NCBI GenBank assembly: GCA_024229395.1
Contig: JAAESM010000085.1
Location: 10,720 to 74,719 of the forward strand
Origin: Planctomycetota bacterium
Lineage (GTDB): Bacteria; Planctomycetota; UBA1135
Direction of reading: 5' to 3'
Length of the DNA stretch: 64,000 bases
In this document: positions 38,702 through 49,590 of the stretch, in pieces
How positions within the stretch are numbered: position 1 is the stretch's first letter
Layout: the number at the start of each line of letters is the position of its first letter
Program-made: the position numbers and the translations under genes
Notes under the pieces: generated by a model
What the model was told of the DNA's origin: nothing
The model's input: the letters and a program-made list of their open reading frames with translations, nothing else
Databases searched by the model: none

Positions 38702-40090
38702 CTATTTTCGACTTGGGGGTGCAGGGCGCAAGGCGCGCACTTGTTTGGCTTCGGGGCGCTGGCGGTATTCCGGGTCGAGCGGGTAACAACCGCTGCGCAT
38801 GCCATTGCGTGGCCCCGTGGTGCAGTCGGAGAAAGTTCGACAGATCTTCTTGCGTTGGAAAGTCTTGCCAGCCAAGTGATCGGCGGGCATGTCAGGGTAA
38901 GACAGCATCATGCGCCCAAGCCCCACGAAGTCCACATGCTGGTTACCGACTTCATGTTCCGCCACATGGGCGGTGTATTCCTGCAAGTAGGTGTAGCCCG
39001 TACCAACGAACAGCATTTCCGGGAAGGCTTGCTTGCAGCGCCGCGCCAACAGTAAATGCTTGGCGACTGCAATCAAGGGATCGGTCGTTGGCGGTGCGCC
39101 ATCACTTGGCGCGAAGGCCGCCGGACGCTGCACATGCGGGCAGTAATAAGGCGAACCGAGAGTTTGATTGACCAAGCGAATGCCCATTTCCTGCAGCAAA
39201 CTCAGGAATGCGAAAGGTTCCTCGAGGTTGTCAGCGGTCTTATCCCCCGCCTGCACACCGAAGCCTTGATCGAGTTCATCGGTGACCGACAAGCGCACGC
39301 CGATCAACAAGCCAGGGCATGCTTCACGGACCGCGGCAACGATCTCGCGGAATAAGCGTGTGCGATTCTCGAAGCTGCCACCATAAGGGCCAGGGCGCGT
39401 GGTTGCCGCCAGACATTCATGAAGCAGATAACCGTGGCAGCACTTGATGTCGACGAAATCAAAACCAGCGGCAACCGCCTTCTCGGCAGCTGCGGCATAG
39501 AGCGCTGGGAGTGCCTGGAGTTCAACATCGGTGAACATTGCTGCGTCACTGTCCACACCGACCTTCTGATCAAGGAACTCATGGCGGAACATGGTGCGCG
39601 GTGCGGGACCTGCCGCGGTTGGGCACGACCAACGCCCCGAGTGCGTGAGTTGCAGACCTACCAGACTGTCTTCCGCAGCCAAACCAGCTTCGACTTGACC
39701 ACGTCGGAGTTCCGCCATCAACAATTTCAGTCCGGCGACTGGGTCATCACAACTACCTTGATGCAACTGGTTGGGATTGGCGCGACCCTCCGGACAGACC
39801 GCATAGGCCTCGCCGCCCCACACCAACGCCGCACCACTTAGACCGAAGCGATACCACCTGCGTAGGGTGTCTTCCGTTGGGTTGCCATCTTCGGTGCCAT
39901 CCCATCCTTCCATCGGTTGCACGGCCCAACGGTTGACCAAAGTGTGACCATCGATTTCACAACTGGCTGCAAGCGGGCTCGCACTGGACTCCACCAAATC
40001 GGTGCAATCCAGGCTCGGTTCAATCTCTTGCAGACGATCGCGAAACTCAGCAACACTGCCGTAAGTGGCGGGTAAACGAAAACTACTCAT
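38702..40090 (-). CDS. NADH:flavin oxidoreductase (old yellow enzyme family)
   Basis: QPMEGWDG, QLTHSGR, GFDFVDIKCCHGYLLHE, YGGSFENRTR. Confidence 0.9.
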   Translation of the reverse strand: MSSFRLPATYGSVAEFRDRLQEIEPSLDCTDLVESSASPLAASCEIDGHTLVNRWAVQPMEGWDGTEDGNPTEDTLRRWYRFGLSGAALVWGGEAYAVCPEGRANPNQLHQGSCDDPVAGLKLLMAELRRGQVEAGLAAEDSLVGLQLTHSGRWSCPTAAGPAPRTMFRHEFLDQKVGVDSDAAMFTDVELQALPALYAAAAEKAVAAGFDFVDIKCCHGYLLHECLAATTRPGPYGGSFENRTRLFREIVAAVREACPGLLIGVRLSVTDELDQGFGVQAGDKTADNLEEPFAFLSLLQEMGIRLVNQTLGSPYYCPHVQRPAAFAPSDGAPPTTDPLIAVAKHLLLARRCKQAFPEMLFVGTGYTYLQEYTAHVAEHEVGNQHVDFVGLGRMMLSYPDMPADHLAGKTFQRKKICRTFSDCTTGPRNGMRSGCYPLDPEYRQRPEAKQVRALRPAPPSRK

Positions 40091-41478
40091 GGGTTCAGGC
40101 GGCAACCGAAGCCGCGGCAATGAAGGGAAGCCGTTTCCAGGCGACCATTATTAATCGCCAAGACAATGGTGCCGGCGGATTCATGGTACAGATCTGGGTG
40201 GGCTTGCAAGGCTGCCGACGGCTCTTCGGCGGGCAAGTGATCCAAACCGCGGAAGTAGTGGTGGCCGTTGCGTTCGACATGCTCGATGCCGAGGGTAGTC
40301 ATCAGGCACAAATCCTGCTGTAAGGCGCGCACTGGCAGGTTTGTGAGGTCTTCACCAGACTGGAACAAGCCGCCACCACGAATGCTGCAGATGCCGCGGT
40401 TCAACAACGCGCGGAAGACGCCTTTACAAGCCTTAATCGAAATGCCTTGATAGCCCAGCTGAATGGCATCCAGGAAGGCCCAAGTGCCGAAATCGGCTTC
40501 GTCGATGATGACCGGGGCGAAGGCTTTGACAGCATCAAAATCTTGGTGGCGCGACGGGTCGAAGGTGTGATCGCGACTGAGCGGTTGCTCGATAAAAGCC
40601 AACCCACGAAGGAAAGCTGCGCCTTCGGGCGTGGCATTTACCGATTGCAGCAAGCCGGCAAGCTGTTGCATATCGGCGTATTGCTCGTTGCCATCGAGAG
40701 TAAAGCGCGGTTCTTCAATGCCGTTGTCTTTCAGGACCTTGGCGATCGCCAACAGGCGATCCACATCTTCTTGACCACGACCAGCAACCTTGATCTTGAA
40801 CCACTGCAGGCCGTAGCGCTGCACATCCTCTTCTAAAGAGTTCGGCAAGCCATCTGCGGGCGCCATGGCTGGTTCCAGTTCCTCGTTGGTCAGTGCATCG
40901 AGCAAACCTACGGTATGACGCAGTTGAATCGATGCCGCCGGTGCTTCGGCCAGTTCCGCAGCGAGATCCCAATCCTTCAACTCTTCATGAACCACGCCAG
41001 GCTCGAAGACGAACAAGTTGTTCTTCAGTGCGTCGAAGAAGGAGCAGTCGAGCAAACGACATGCTGCATCGAGCATGGCACGCTCCAACAAGGCCACGCC
41101 AAAGCCGCGCACCAACAGATCGGAATCGCAACGTGGCTGCTGCGCCACTCGATTCCGATAGAGCTGCCACCACAAATCAAACACCGTGGTAGGCGGAATC
41201 TCCATGGCGGCGGCGAAAGCGGCTTCCGCGCTGGCCACCAGGGCGGCGGAATCCTCTTCCGGCGTGAGTGCGGGATTCTTCTCGAACCATTTCGGCACCA
41301 ACAGGTCCGAAGCAGCACCAAAGGCACGGCGGCCGTCGGCGGCTTCGATCTCGACGGTGGCGGTGGCATAAGGCGCCCCCGTCAGGGTGTGAATGCCGAA
41401 ACGAAACGGCAGGCGCGTGTGACAGTCGAGGGTCTCGAGCTTGGCGTTGGCGATGCGGATGGTCAGCGGACTCGGCAC
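40087..41478 (-). CDS. Enolase / mandelate racemase superfamily protein
   Basis: RLPFRFG, FKIKV, LDGNEQY, IEQP, IIDEAD, SIKACKG, EDL; start placed at GTG 41478. Confidence 0.78.
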   Translation of the reverse strand: MPSPLTIRIANAKLETLDCHTRLPFRFGIHTLTGAPYATATVEIEAADGRRAFGAASDLLVPKWFEKNPALTPEEDSAALVASAEAAFAAAMEIPPTTVFDLWWQLYRNRVAQQPRCDSDLLVRGFGVALLERAMLDAACRLLDCSFFDALKNNLFVFEPGVVHEELKDWDLAAELAEAPAASIQLRHTVGLLDALTNEELEPAMAPADGLPNSLEEDVQRYGLQWFKIKVAGRGQEDVDRLLAIAKVLKDNGIEEPRFTLDGNEQYADMQQLAGLLQSVNATPEGAAFLRGLAFIEQPLSRDHTFDPSRHQDFDAVKAFAPVIIDEADFGTWAFLDAIQLGYQGISIKACKGVFRALLNRGICSIRGGGLFQSGEDLTNLPVRALQQDLCLMTTLGIEHVERNGHHYFRGLDHLPAEEPSAALQAHPDLYHESAGTIVLAINNGRLETASLHCRGFGCRLNP

Positions 41479-41538
41479 CGGCTTATGGTGGCAGGCGGAC
41501 CGCATCCAGTCCAGGGCCGGCACTGATAGAATTAGGGT

Positions 41539-42267
41539 ATGTCCCGCAACGACGGCCGTAGTCCAGACCAACTTCGCCCACTTAGCTTCCAGCGTGAATT
41601 CACCTCCACTGCCGAGGGTTCCGTTCTGGTTTCAGCTGGCAACACTCGAGTTTTGTGCACCGCTTCGGTGACCAATGGCGTGCCTTCATGGCGACGCGAA
41701 TCCGGCAAGGGCTGGCTCACCGCTGAGTACGCGATGCTGCCTGGCTCGGTGGTCGGTCGCAAGCGCCGTGAGTATCAGCGCCGCGATGGCCGCAGCATTG
41801 AGATTCAGCGTTTGATCGGTCGCTCCTTGCGTGCAGCCGTGGATATGCGCGGATTCCCAAACGTGACCATCAATCTCGATTGCGATGTGCTGCAGGCCGA
41901 CGGCGGCACCCGCTGCGCTTCGATCTGTGGCGCCATGATGGCAATCCACGATGCACTGAAGGTGCTCGATACACGCGGCAAGCTGGTGTCGTGGCCACTG
42001 CGCAACTGGATCGCTGGCGTTTCGGTAGGTCATGTCGATGGCCGCGAACTGCTCGACTTGGATTACTCCGAAGATTCCATCGCCGATGTGGATATGAATG
42101 TCATCGCCACCGACGGCGGTGCATTGGTCGAGGTGCAAGGCACTGCCGAAGGTGAACCCTTCGCGCGTGATGTTCACGACCGCCTGCTCGATCTTGCGAT
42201 CGGCGGCACCAATGAGATCATCGCTGCCATGCGCGCAGCTGTGGATCCCGTTCAAGCCACCTCCTAA
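41539..42267 (+). CDS. rph: Ribonuclease PH
   Basis: AEYAMLP, EIQRLIGRSLR, DVLQADGGTR, EVQGTAE. Confidence 0.96.
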   Translation: MSRNDGRSPDQLRPLSFQREFTSTAEGSVLVSAGNTRVLCTASVTNGVPSWRRESGKGWLTAEYAMLPGSVVGRKRREYQRRDGRSIEIQRLIGRSLRAAVDMRGFPNVTINLDCDVLQADGGTRCASICGAMMAIHDALKVLDTRGKLVSWPLRNWIAGVSVGHVDGRELLDLDYSEDSIADVDMNVIATDGGALVEVQGTAEGEPFARDVHDRLLDLAIGGTNEIIAAMRAAVDPVQATS

Positions 42268-43422
42268 ATGAGCAAAGCAGCAATGGCCTGGGGCAAACGG
42301 TGGTCGTGGCGTGCCAAAATCCTGTTGGTATTGGGTCTTGGTGTAGGCGGCTTCCTGGGCTTGGGCTTGTTCTGGTTCGGCCTGCGCTTGCCTCCACTGC
42401 AATGGGAGCCGAGTACGCGTGCTACCCAGATGGAGTCGCCCGATGGCACTTTCTTCGTGGAAGGAAGTGGCGCCACTTTCGTTCGCGCCGACGGCAACAC
42501 CTTGGTGTTCCGCGCCTCCACCCCCACGCCAATGTTGATCGTCAGTTCCAAGACGACCACGACAGCAAGCGTGGTCTTGCAGAATGTGCACCCCGATGCA
42601 CTGCCAGGAGCCGTTGGCCCGGTGCGCACCGATGGTTTAACGCGCACCTATGAGTTCGGGATCGAGCCAGGAATCGGCCTGCTGATTCAACCGCGCTTCG
42701 ATGTAGACAAGAAGGAGTTCCGCTTCGCCTCCATTGGCGACACTGGCGGCGGCACCGCCTTGGACCATGCGCTTGAACGCGCCGAGCAGTTAGGCGCTGA
42801 CTTCGTCTTGCACCTTGGTGACATTGAATATGCCGAAGGTCATTTGGAGCTTGCCGCGGTCGCCATGAACGCCGCCAATATTCCCACCTACACTTGCATC
42901 GGCAATCACGATTTCCACGCTGGCCTGGATCTGGTCCATCGTCGTTTCACCGAGTTGATTGGCCCACGCAACTCCTTCTTTGACTTAGGTGGCGTGCGCT
43001 TCTTGAACCTGGATACCGCCGCTGACACCTGGCCATCGAGTGGTGGTGATCGCGGTGCCTTAATGGAACTGCTGCTGGCTTCGGAATTCCCGAAAGAGAA
43101 TGAGTTGGTGGTCTTCACCCACCGCCCACTAAACGATCCGCGCGAAGGCATTGAAGATGAAGGTCACGCCATCGGCCATGCCGGTGAAGTGGAGTGGTTA
43201 CGCGAGTGTTTCCTGAAGCTCGGCGTGGACGCGATGATGCATGGCCATATCCACCAGACTTACGTCGATGAGGTCAGTGGCATTCCCGCCTACATCATCG
43301 GTAACGGCTTGAACTTCCCGGAAGAAGGTGGCGCCACCGGAGCCGGCATCCTGCTCGGCGAGTGGAACAGCGATTCGCCGCAGGTCAGCTACCGGATCGA
43401 ACCTCTTTATCCTTCCGAGTAG
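42268..43422 (+). CDS. Membrane-anchored calcineurin-like metallophosphoesterase
   Basis: GDT, HLGD, GNHD, HRP, HGHIH. Confidence 0.85.
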   Translation: MSKAAMAWGKRWSWRAKILLVLGLGVGGFLGLGLFWFGLRLPPLQWEPSTRATQMESPDGTFFVEGSGATFVRADGNTLVFRASTPTPMLIVSSKTTTTASVVLQNVHPDALPGAVGPVRTDGLTRTYEFGIEPGIGLLIQPRFDVDKKEFRFASIGDTGGGTALDHALERAEQLGADFVLHLGDIEYAEGHLELAAVAMNAANIPTYTCIGNHDFHAGLDLVHRRFTELIGPRNSFFDLGGVRFLNLDTAADTWPSSGGDRGALMELLLASEFPKENELVVFTHRPLNDPREGIEDEGHAIGHAGEVEWLRECFLKLGVDAMMHGHIHQTYVDEVSGIPAYIIGNGLNFPEEGGATGAGILLGEWNSDSPQVSYRIEPLYPSE

Positions 43423-43585
43423 GTCGCTTCTCGAAGTTGCCGCCGCAGTTGGGGCAGACCTGGTCCAGGACTCCGTGCACGCACGTGGAGCAGAAGGTGC
43501 ATTCATAGCTGCAGATCCATGCTTCTGTGGAATCGTGCGGTAAGGCATGGTTGCAGTGCTCGCAGGCGGGTCTCATTTCCAGCAT
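43385..43585 (-). CDS. DUF1272 family small Cys-rich protein
   Basis: MLEMRPACEHC, ICSYECTFC, CPNCGG. Confidence 0.88.
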   Translation of the reverse strand: MLEMRPACEHCNHALPHDSTEAWICSYECTFCSTCVHGVLDQVCPNCGGNFEKRPTRKDKEVRSGS

Positions 43586-43670
43586 GATTCAAGCAGCGTA
43601 CAGGGCATGATTGATGAATGCCATCCAAGTAGAGCCGAGAGCCAGCAGGAAGGCCGCGAACAAGCTCAGG

Positions 43671-44144
43671 TTAAGGATTTCCCTCACGGCGCTTACCCAT
43701 CATGCGCTTGGTTCCACCTATCGCGATTGCGGCGAGCAGCAACAGGCTGATGATGAATAGACCGCCCATGCTGCCATGGTAGGCCGACATCATGAAGGTG
43801 GTGAAAGGGAAAAAGGCCCAAGTTCCGAACACCCATCCGATGTTCTCCAAGAGTCCATCGCCGCCCCACGGTGCACCCCCAAGGCGTTGACCGAGGAACA
43901 TTGCCGGTGGGCCGAAGAACCAAATACCGAACAGGAAGCAACTTGGCATGGAGACCAAGTGGCCGCCGAGCTTCTTATGACTGCCCGCCCACATCCAGAA
44001 CAGGATGAAGATGGGCGGCACCATCATGAACATGGTCATGCGCACCATGGTCGGTGGGATAATCCAATTGAACAACATATCCGGCAGCCAAAATGCCGCA
44101 CCGCCAAGCAGGAAAAACCTGAGATACAGCTTGGAGCGACTCAT
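43671..44144 (-). CDS. Hypothetical membrane protein
   Basis: 157-aa hydrophobic ORF with several TM segments; fills the gap. Confidence 0.6.
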   Translation of the reverse strand: MSRSKLYLRFFLLGGAAFWLPDMLFNWIIPPTMVRMTMFMMVPPIFILFWMWAGSHKKLGGHLVSMPSCFLFGIWFFGPPAMFLGQRLGGAPWGGDGLLENIGWVFGTWAFFPFTTFMMSAYHGSMGGLFIISLLLLAAIAIGGTKRMMGKRREGNP

Positions 44145-44167
44145 GATTATGAATGATAATCTAAATC
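44145..44167. promoter_or_regulatory. Bidirectional leaderless promoter
   Basis: GATAAT (+, 44155-44160) overlaps TATCAT (-, 44158-44153) between two ATGs 23 bp apart. Confidence 0.45.
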
Positions 44168-44554
44168 ATGGCTGACACCTTCGAAATTCACCTTGAGCGC
44201 GTCGACGGCTTTCAGTTCCGCACCGATTTCCCAGGCACGGAAGTCGCGCCACCGATCGTAGATGAGCCTGCGCCACTCGGCACCGGCACTGGGCCTAATC
44301 CAGCACGTCTGTTGGCGGTGGCGGTAGGCAACTGCCTCAGTGCAAGCTTGCTCTTTTGCCTGGGCAAGTCGCGGGTAGAAGTAGGCGGCATCAACACCAC
44401 CGTGATCGGCAACTACCAACGCGATGACAGCAAGCGCCTACGCATCGGCGGCATGAAAGTCACTTTGCAGATTGACGCCTGGCCAACTCCCCAGCCAACA
44501 AGCCCACTGCCGGCCTTTAATCAGACGATCGGTTTTCGTGGTTGGCAGAGTTAA
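44168..44554 (+). pseudogene. OsmC-family protein, C-terminally truncated
   Basis: DEPAPLG.G.GPNPARLL...AVGNCLSAS present; the C-terminal helix with the second catalytic Cys is missing after about aa 104. Confidence 0.65.
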
Positions 44555-45456
44555 GCGCGTTGAATCCGCTTCACGAGTGCTTCTGCGAGCAGGTCTGCCG
44601 TGTTCGGTCCATGACGCAGAAAAAGACTCGGCTCGACCAATTCCAACTCGCACAACTGCAACGCCCCATGCTCATCGCGCAACCAATCGGTGCGTCCGTA
44701 AAGCAAGGGATCGACCTGCGGCACCTCCGCCCATGCAGCTTTTTTCTCGACCAAGCGCATAACCGAGTGCGCTAACTCGATCTCTTCCGCACTGTGCTGA
44801 AAGGGTTCATCGGAAGCGCCGTGGTCATCTTGCACGCGGTAATCTCCCGGCAGCGGCACCTTGCGCACCGAGTGGGCGTAACGGCCATCGACAAACAACA
44901 TCGATTCCTCGCCGCGCGTCTCGACCTGTTCCAGATAAGGCTGCAACTGCATGGAGTGATCGACCAACATTTCATCCACGAACTGTTGCGCTTCAAGCAA
45001 GGAATCACCATGGTCATCAAAACGGCAGGTGCCGAATGCCGTCGCCCCGATCACAGGTTTCAAAAAGCCGCGACGCCAACCACGCTGCTGTAATCGTTGC
45101 GCAAGATCCACACGACTGCCTTGCTCCAGCCACTCGGTTTCGATCACGGGAACACCCAGCGCAGCCAACTCGCGCAGATAGAGCTTGTTGGTATTCCACG
45201 CCACCACTGCCGACGGATTGAACAGCAAGGTCTTCTTCTCGACCGCTCGCGCCCAGGCCACGAACTCCTCATGGCGCAAGTGGTAATCCCAAGTCGTGCG
45301 GATCAAGCAAGCATCAATCAGCGACCAGTCGAAACCGTCATCATCCCAAGCCGGATGAAAAAGCTCGGCACCGTGTGCATTCAAGGACTGGTACAAGGGG
45401 CGGTCATCGACCTCCCAGTCCGGCAAGTTCGAGCAAGTGGCTAGGGCAATATGCAT
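44551..45456 (-). CDS. ATP-grasp (RimK / glutathione synthetase-like) protein
   Basis: IRTTWDY, WNTNKLYL, DYRVQDDHG, ELELVEPSLF; start MHIALAT. Confidence 0.85.
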   Translation of the reverse strand: MHIALATCSNLPDWEVDDRPLYQSLNAHGAELFHPAWDDDGFDWSLIDACLIRTTWDYHLRHEEFVAWARAVEKKTLLFNPSAVVAWNTNKLYLRELAALGVPVIETEWLEQGSRVDLAQRLQQRGWRRGFLKPVIGATAFGTCRFDDHGDSLLEAQQFVDEMLVDHSMQLQPYLEQVETRGEESMLFVDGRYAHSVRKVPLPGDYRVQDDHGASDEPFQHSAEEIELAHSVMRLVEKKAAWAEVPQVDPLLYGRTDWLRDEHGALQLCELELVEPSLFLRHGPNTADLLAEALVKRIQRA

Positions 45457-45573
45457 TCCTCCATAGCCTACGCTCACCGCCCCCTCACGACTTTCTACAA
45501 AGCAGGATTGACCGCTGAGATTCCATCGCTAAGGTGTTGCGCCCTATTCCCTTAGGGGCGCCACTCCGACGAC

Positions 45574-47130
45574 ATGTTTGACCTCACGATTAACCCGCAG
45601 GCGAAGCTGCGCACCGACCTGCTTTCCGGCCTCACCGTGGCGCTGGCGTTGGTACCGGAAGCCGTTGCATTTGCCTTCGTAGCAGGCGTCGATCCGCTCG
45701 TTGGCCTGCACGCAGCCTTCATGGTCGGCATCATCACCGCCGTATTGGGTGGACGTCCCGGCATGATCTCTGGAGCCACCGGCGCGATCGCCGTAGTACT
45801 GGTCTCCTTGGTCAGTGAACATGGCATCCAATACATGTTCGCCGCCGTGGTCATGATGGGTGTTCTGCAGGTTCTGGCCGGCCTATTGCGGTTAGGAAAG
45901 TACATTCGAATGGTCCCGCACCCGGTCATGCTGGGTTTCGTAAATGGACTTGCGATCGTGATCTTCCTGGCGCAACTCGGTCAGTTCAAGACCGTCGACG
46001 CCGCCGGCGAACTGCAGTGGATGGCCGGCTCAAAGCTCTACATCATGTTGGGCTTGGTCTTCGCCACCATGGCGATCATCCACTTCCTGCCTAAGCTGAC
46101 CAAAGCCGTGCCGGCATCGTTGGCCGCGATCGTCGGCATCACGCTGATCACGATGGGCTTGGACTTGGATTCCCCCACCATTGTCGATTACCTGCGTTCG
46201 ATGACCGGCAACCCCGACGCCTCCTTGGCAGGTGGTCTACCGGCCTTCTCGATGCCGTCGGTGCCGTTCAACTTTGAGAGCATTCGGATCATCTTGCCTT
46301 ATGCAGTGATCCTGGCAGCAGTCGGCTTGATTGAATCGCTGCTGACCTTGACCCTGGTCGATGAGATCACCGATACGCGTGGTCGCGGCAACAAGGAATG
46401 TGTGGCGCAAGGCGCTGCCAACATCACCTGCGGCTTCTTCGGCGGCATGGGTGGTTGCGCGATGATCGGCCAAAGCATGATCAATATCAACTCTGGTGGA
46501 CGCGGTCGCCTGTCCGGCATCACTGCCGCCATGGTGCTGCTGGCCTTCGTGTTGGTGGCCAGTTCGTTGATCGAGATGGTGCCTGTTGCGGCACTGGTCG
46601 GTGTGATGTTCATGGTGGTGCTTGGCACCTTCGAATGGTCGAGCTTCCGCGTGCTGCGTAAGATTCCAGCATCGGATGCCTTCGTCATCATCTTGGTATC
46701 CGGCGTGACGGTGATGGCCGACCTGGCGATTGCAGTGTTCGTAGGCGTGATCGTGTCGGCCTTGGTCTACGCATGGAAGCATGCGCAAGTCATCAACACT
46801 GAGGCGGAAATCGACGAGAACGGCTCGAAGATCTACACCTTGCATGGACCGCTGTTCTTCGGCTCGACCAAGAACTTCCTCGACCTGTTCGACGCCAAGA
46901 ACGATCCGGATGACGTGATCGTGGAGTTCCAGAACGCACGTGTTTCGGACCACTCCGCAATCGAGGCCATCGATAACTTGGCGGAGCGTTACCTGAAGCT
47001 AGGCAAGAAACTGCACCTGCGCCACCTCAGCCCGGACTGCCGCGTGTTGTTGCGCAAGGCCGGTGACTTGGTGGAAGTCAACGTGATTGAAGACCCGCAC
47101 TATCACGTGGCCGACGACGCCTTGGCTTAA
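45574..47130 (+). CDS. SulP-family anion transporter with STAS domain
   Basis: [34 protein letters not shown]. Confidence 0.93.
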   Translation: MFDLTINPQAKLRTDLLSGLTVALALVPEAVAFAFVAGVDPLVGLHAAFMVGIITAVLGGRPGMISGATGAIAVVLVSLVSEHGIQYMFAAVVMMGVLQVLAGLLRLGKYIRMVPHPVMLGFVNGLAIVIFLAQLGQFKTVDAAGELQWMAGSKLYIMLGLVFATMAIIHFLPKLTKAVPASLAAIVGITLITMGLDLDSPTIVDYLRSMTGNPDASLAGGLPAFSMPSVPFNFESIRIILPYAVILAAVGLIESLLTLTLVDEITDTRGRGNKECVAQGAANITCGFFGGMGGCAMIGQSMININSGGRGRLSGITAAMVLLAFVLVASSLIEMVPVAALVGVMFMVVLGTFEWSSFRVLRKIPASDAFVIILVSGVTVMADLAIAVFVGVIVSALVYAWKHAQVINTEAEIDENGSKIYTLHGPLFFGSTKNFLDLFDAKNDPDDVIVEFQNARVSDHSAIEAIDNLAERYLKLGKKLHLRHLSPDCRVLLRKAGDLVEVNVIEDPHYHVADDALA

Positions 47131-47870
47131 ACCTGGCAACGCTGCTGCTGAAGCCAATGCACGACCGCTTCCGCCATCACGGGAGAAGCTTGGTCCGAGA
47201 ACACATGGTCGGCGCCTTCGATGGTGACCAATACGCGCGGTAAGGTCGAGTCGGCGGTGATGCGTTGACTCTCCACCAACGGCACGACGGTGTCGGCATC
47301 GCCATGCACCAGCAACCATGGCTGCTGAAGGATCTCGGCGAACGGGGCGGCGCTTCCGATGGCAGCCATGTCGTCCATGAAGTGCTGCGATAGCGGGCAC
47401 TCCGGTTTTTCCCACATCAGGCTGGCGTCGGGCTGCTGGTCGCCGAACTTGCGTTGCGCGAAATCGGCGGTCTCGACCATACCGGCCAAAGAAACCAAGT
47501 TCACGATCGATGGATTGCGGCTGGCGGCCAGGACTCCCACCGCTGCCCCCATCGAGTGCCCCACATAGGTCACTTGTTGTGAGCCGATGGCAGCAAGCAC
47601 GGACTCAAGATCGGTGACCTCCTTGCTTGGGCAGGACAGGCGGAAATCGCCTTGCGACTCGCCATTGCCCGAGAAGGAAAAACGCAAGGTGGCGAAACCA
47701 CTCTTATTCAGCGCAGCTGCCAAAGTCGTGGCCCATTCACGGTCCTTATTGGCGGTGACGCCATGACCGATGACTACGAGATGCTCTTCACCTGCAGCGT
47801 TTGAATCGCTGGCCGCGGCGAAAGAGTAATCGAGTCGTTCACCATCCGAGTTGTTGATTTCTCCAAACAT
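47127..47870 (-). CDS. Alpha/beta hydrolase
   Basis: GHSMG nucleophile elbow, [14 protein letters not shown]; start MFGEI. Confidence 0.87.
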   Translation of the reverse strand: MFGEINNSDGERLDYSFAAASDSNAAGEEHLVVIGHGVTANKDREWATTLAAALNKSGFATLRFSFSGNGESQGDFRLSCPSKEVTDLESVLAAIGSQQVTYVGHSMGAAVGVLAASRNPSIVNLVSLAGMVETADFAQRKFGDQQPDASLMWEKPECPLSQHFMDDMAAIGSAAPFAEILQQPWLLVHGDADTVVPLVESQRITADSTLPRVLVTIEGADHVFSDQASPVMAEAVVHWLQQQRCQV

Positions 47871-47878
47871 GATTTGCT

Positions 47879-48217
47879 CTAGTCGAATTGAATCACCGAA
47901 CGAATATTGGTCTTGCCACTCAAGCAATGCACGCACTCGCCACACTCCGGCGAGAACAAGGTCACCACATGATCACCCACAGCCACACTGGTCACGTCGG
48001 CCCCGACCTCCTCTACGATGCCCGCGCCTTCGTGGCCCAATACGCAATCGCAATAGCCACTCGGGTCCGCACCACTAGCGGAATAAAGATCGGTATGGCA
48101 GACGCCACAAGCCTTCAGCTTGACGAGGACTTCGCCAGCTTGTGGCGGTGCGAGGGTGACACCTTGAACAACCAAAGGCTGTCCGAACTCTTCCAATACT
48201 GCGGCGCGGATTTTTAT
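47879..48217 (-). pseudogene. Zn-dependent alcohol dehydrogenase, N-terminal fragment
   Basis: IKIRAAVLEE (apparent start codon is ATA), GVCHTD, GHEGAG, CGECVHC, then an abrupt end at about 112 aa. Confidence 0.8.
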
Positions 48218-48302
48218 GAGGGGTTCCGGTTAGGATGCGGGAGGTCCGAGAGTAGCCACGCCCTGCCTCCTTTCACAAGCACCCCCGCGCCCCCTTCCGC
48301 AC

Positions 48303-49133
48303 TTGTCCGCCCCCTCTGAGCAAGACGCTTACATCCTTGGCACCGCCAGCATCGAGCTGCAGCGCTTAGGCCTTCAGAATGAGATCTGGAGCGAAGTCAC
48401 CGAAGCACTTTGGGATGTAGCCGGTTTCAGCGAAGGGCAGCAACTGCTTGAATTGGGCTGCGGCCCCGGTTTCTCATCCTTGCAGCTGGCCAAGCGCACC
48501 GGATCAGATGGCGGAGTGCTCGGCTGGGATCGCTCGGCGCAGTTCCTTGAGCATTTAAGGGGCCGCGCTGCCGCCGATGGCCTTGACTGGGTGAGCACCC
48601 ATCACGGCGACGTCAACCCGAGCCTGAATCCATCGCTGCAAAATCGCTTCGATGGCGTTTATGCGCGTTGGCTGGTGTGTTGGATGGATCGCCCACAAGA
48701 CGCGATTCGCCTCGCGGCAAAAGCCCTGCGCCCTGGCGGCAAGTTAGTCCTGCATGATTACTTCCATTATCACGCGCTGGACTTCTGGCCCCGTAACCCG
48801 GCCTTCCGCGAAGGCATCGATGCCGTCGAGAAGGCTTGGCGCGCGACCGGCGGCGACCCGAGCATTGGCGTTCGCCTGCAAGACATGGTGGAGCAGCATG
48901 GTTTCCACGTAACACACGCCAAGATCTGCACGCGATTCGCCACACCAAAGCAACAACTATGGCAATGGCCAGCGTCGTTCTTCCCAGCCTTCCTGGCGCA
49001 GCTGAAACTGGATGGCTTTCTTAGCCCCGCGCAGGTCGACGCATTTCTGCACGCCTTCGACGTAAGCACCGAGCACCCGCAAGGCATGTTCCTTGCCCCG
49101 CCGATGCTCGAGTTGGTTGCCGAGAAACTCTAG
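48303..49133 (+). CDS. Class I SAM-dependent methyltransferase
   Basis: YILG...ELQRLGLQ, LELGCGPG, YARW, LRPGG. Confidence 0.87.
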   Translation: MSAPSEQDAYILGTASIELQRLGLQNEIWSEVTEALWDVAGFSEGQQLLELGCGPGFSSLQLAKRTGSDGGVLGWDRSAQFLEHLRGRAAADGLDWVSTHHGDVNPSLNPSLQNRFDGVYARWLVCWMDRPQDAIRLAAKALRPGGKLVLHDYFHYHALDFWPRNPAFREGIDAVEKAWRATGGDPSIGVRLQDMVEQHGFHVTHAKICTRFATPKQQLWQWPASFFPAFLAQLKLDGFLSPAQVDAFLHAFDVSTEHPQGMFLAPPMLELVAEKL

Positions 49134-49146
49134 TCGCTGTCGAAAG

Positions 49147-49590
49147 CTAATCGTTGATCTTGATGACGTCGCCCATGCTGCGTTGCATCTGACGGTTGGA
49201 AGGATCGATCTCGACCGCGAGCTGCTGCAGGCGCATTCCCTCTTCCTTATCCTTGGAGCTGCCGACATCGAGGTCGGTCTCAATGCTCTCACCGGTGAAG
49301 GCGATCATGGTTAACTCAGGCTTGTGGTCATAGGTGTAGCCGAGAGTCTTATCGGTGTAGTGATTTGATTTATCGCTTTGGAAACGCCCTACGATCCACT
49401 GTTCATCATTCTGAATCGGGATCTGAGTCCACTTCTTCGGCGGGTTGATCTTGAAGCCAAGTTTCTTGTCTTCGTGTTGGATGTCCTCGAACATAGCCGG
49501 GGCCGCAGTGAAGGCATCGAACTCTGTCGGTGCTACTTCACACGGCGACGCCATGAAGGCGAACGTAATAAAAATAAGGGGGTTGGCCAT
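49147..49590 (-). CDS. Hypothetical protein, possibly a remnant of a longer gene
   Basis: TACAAT 6 nt before ATG 49590; coding-like 147 aa. Confidence 0.5.
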   Translation of the reverse strand: MANPLIFITFAFMASPCEVAPTEFDAFTAAPAMFEDIQHEDKKLGFKINPPKKWTQIPIQNDEQWIVGRFQSDKSNHYTDKTLGYTYDHKPELTMIAFTGESIETDLDVGSSKDKEEGMRLQQLAVEIDPSNRQMQRSMGDVIKIND

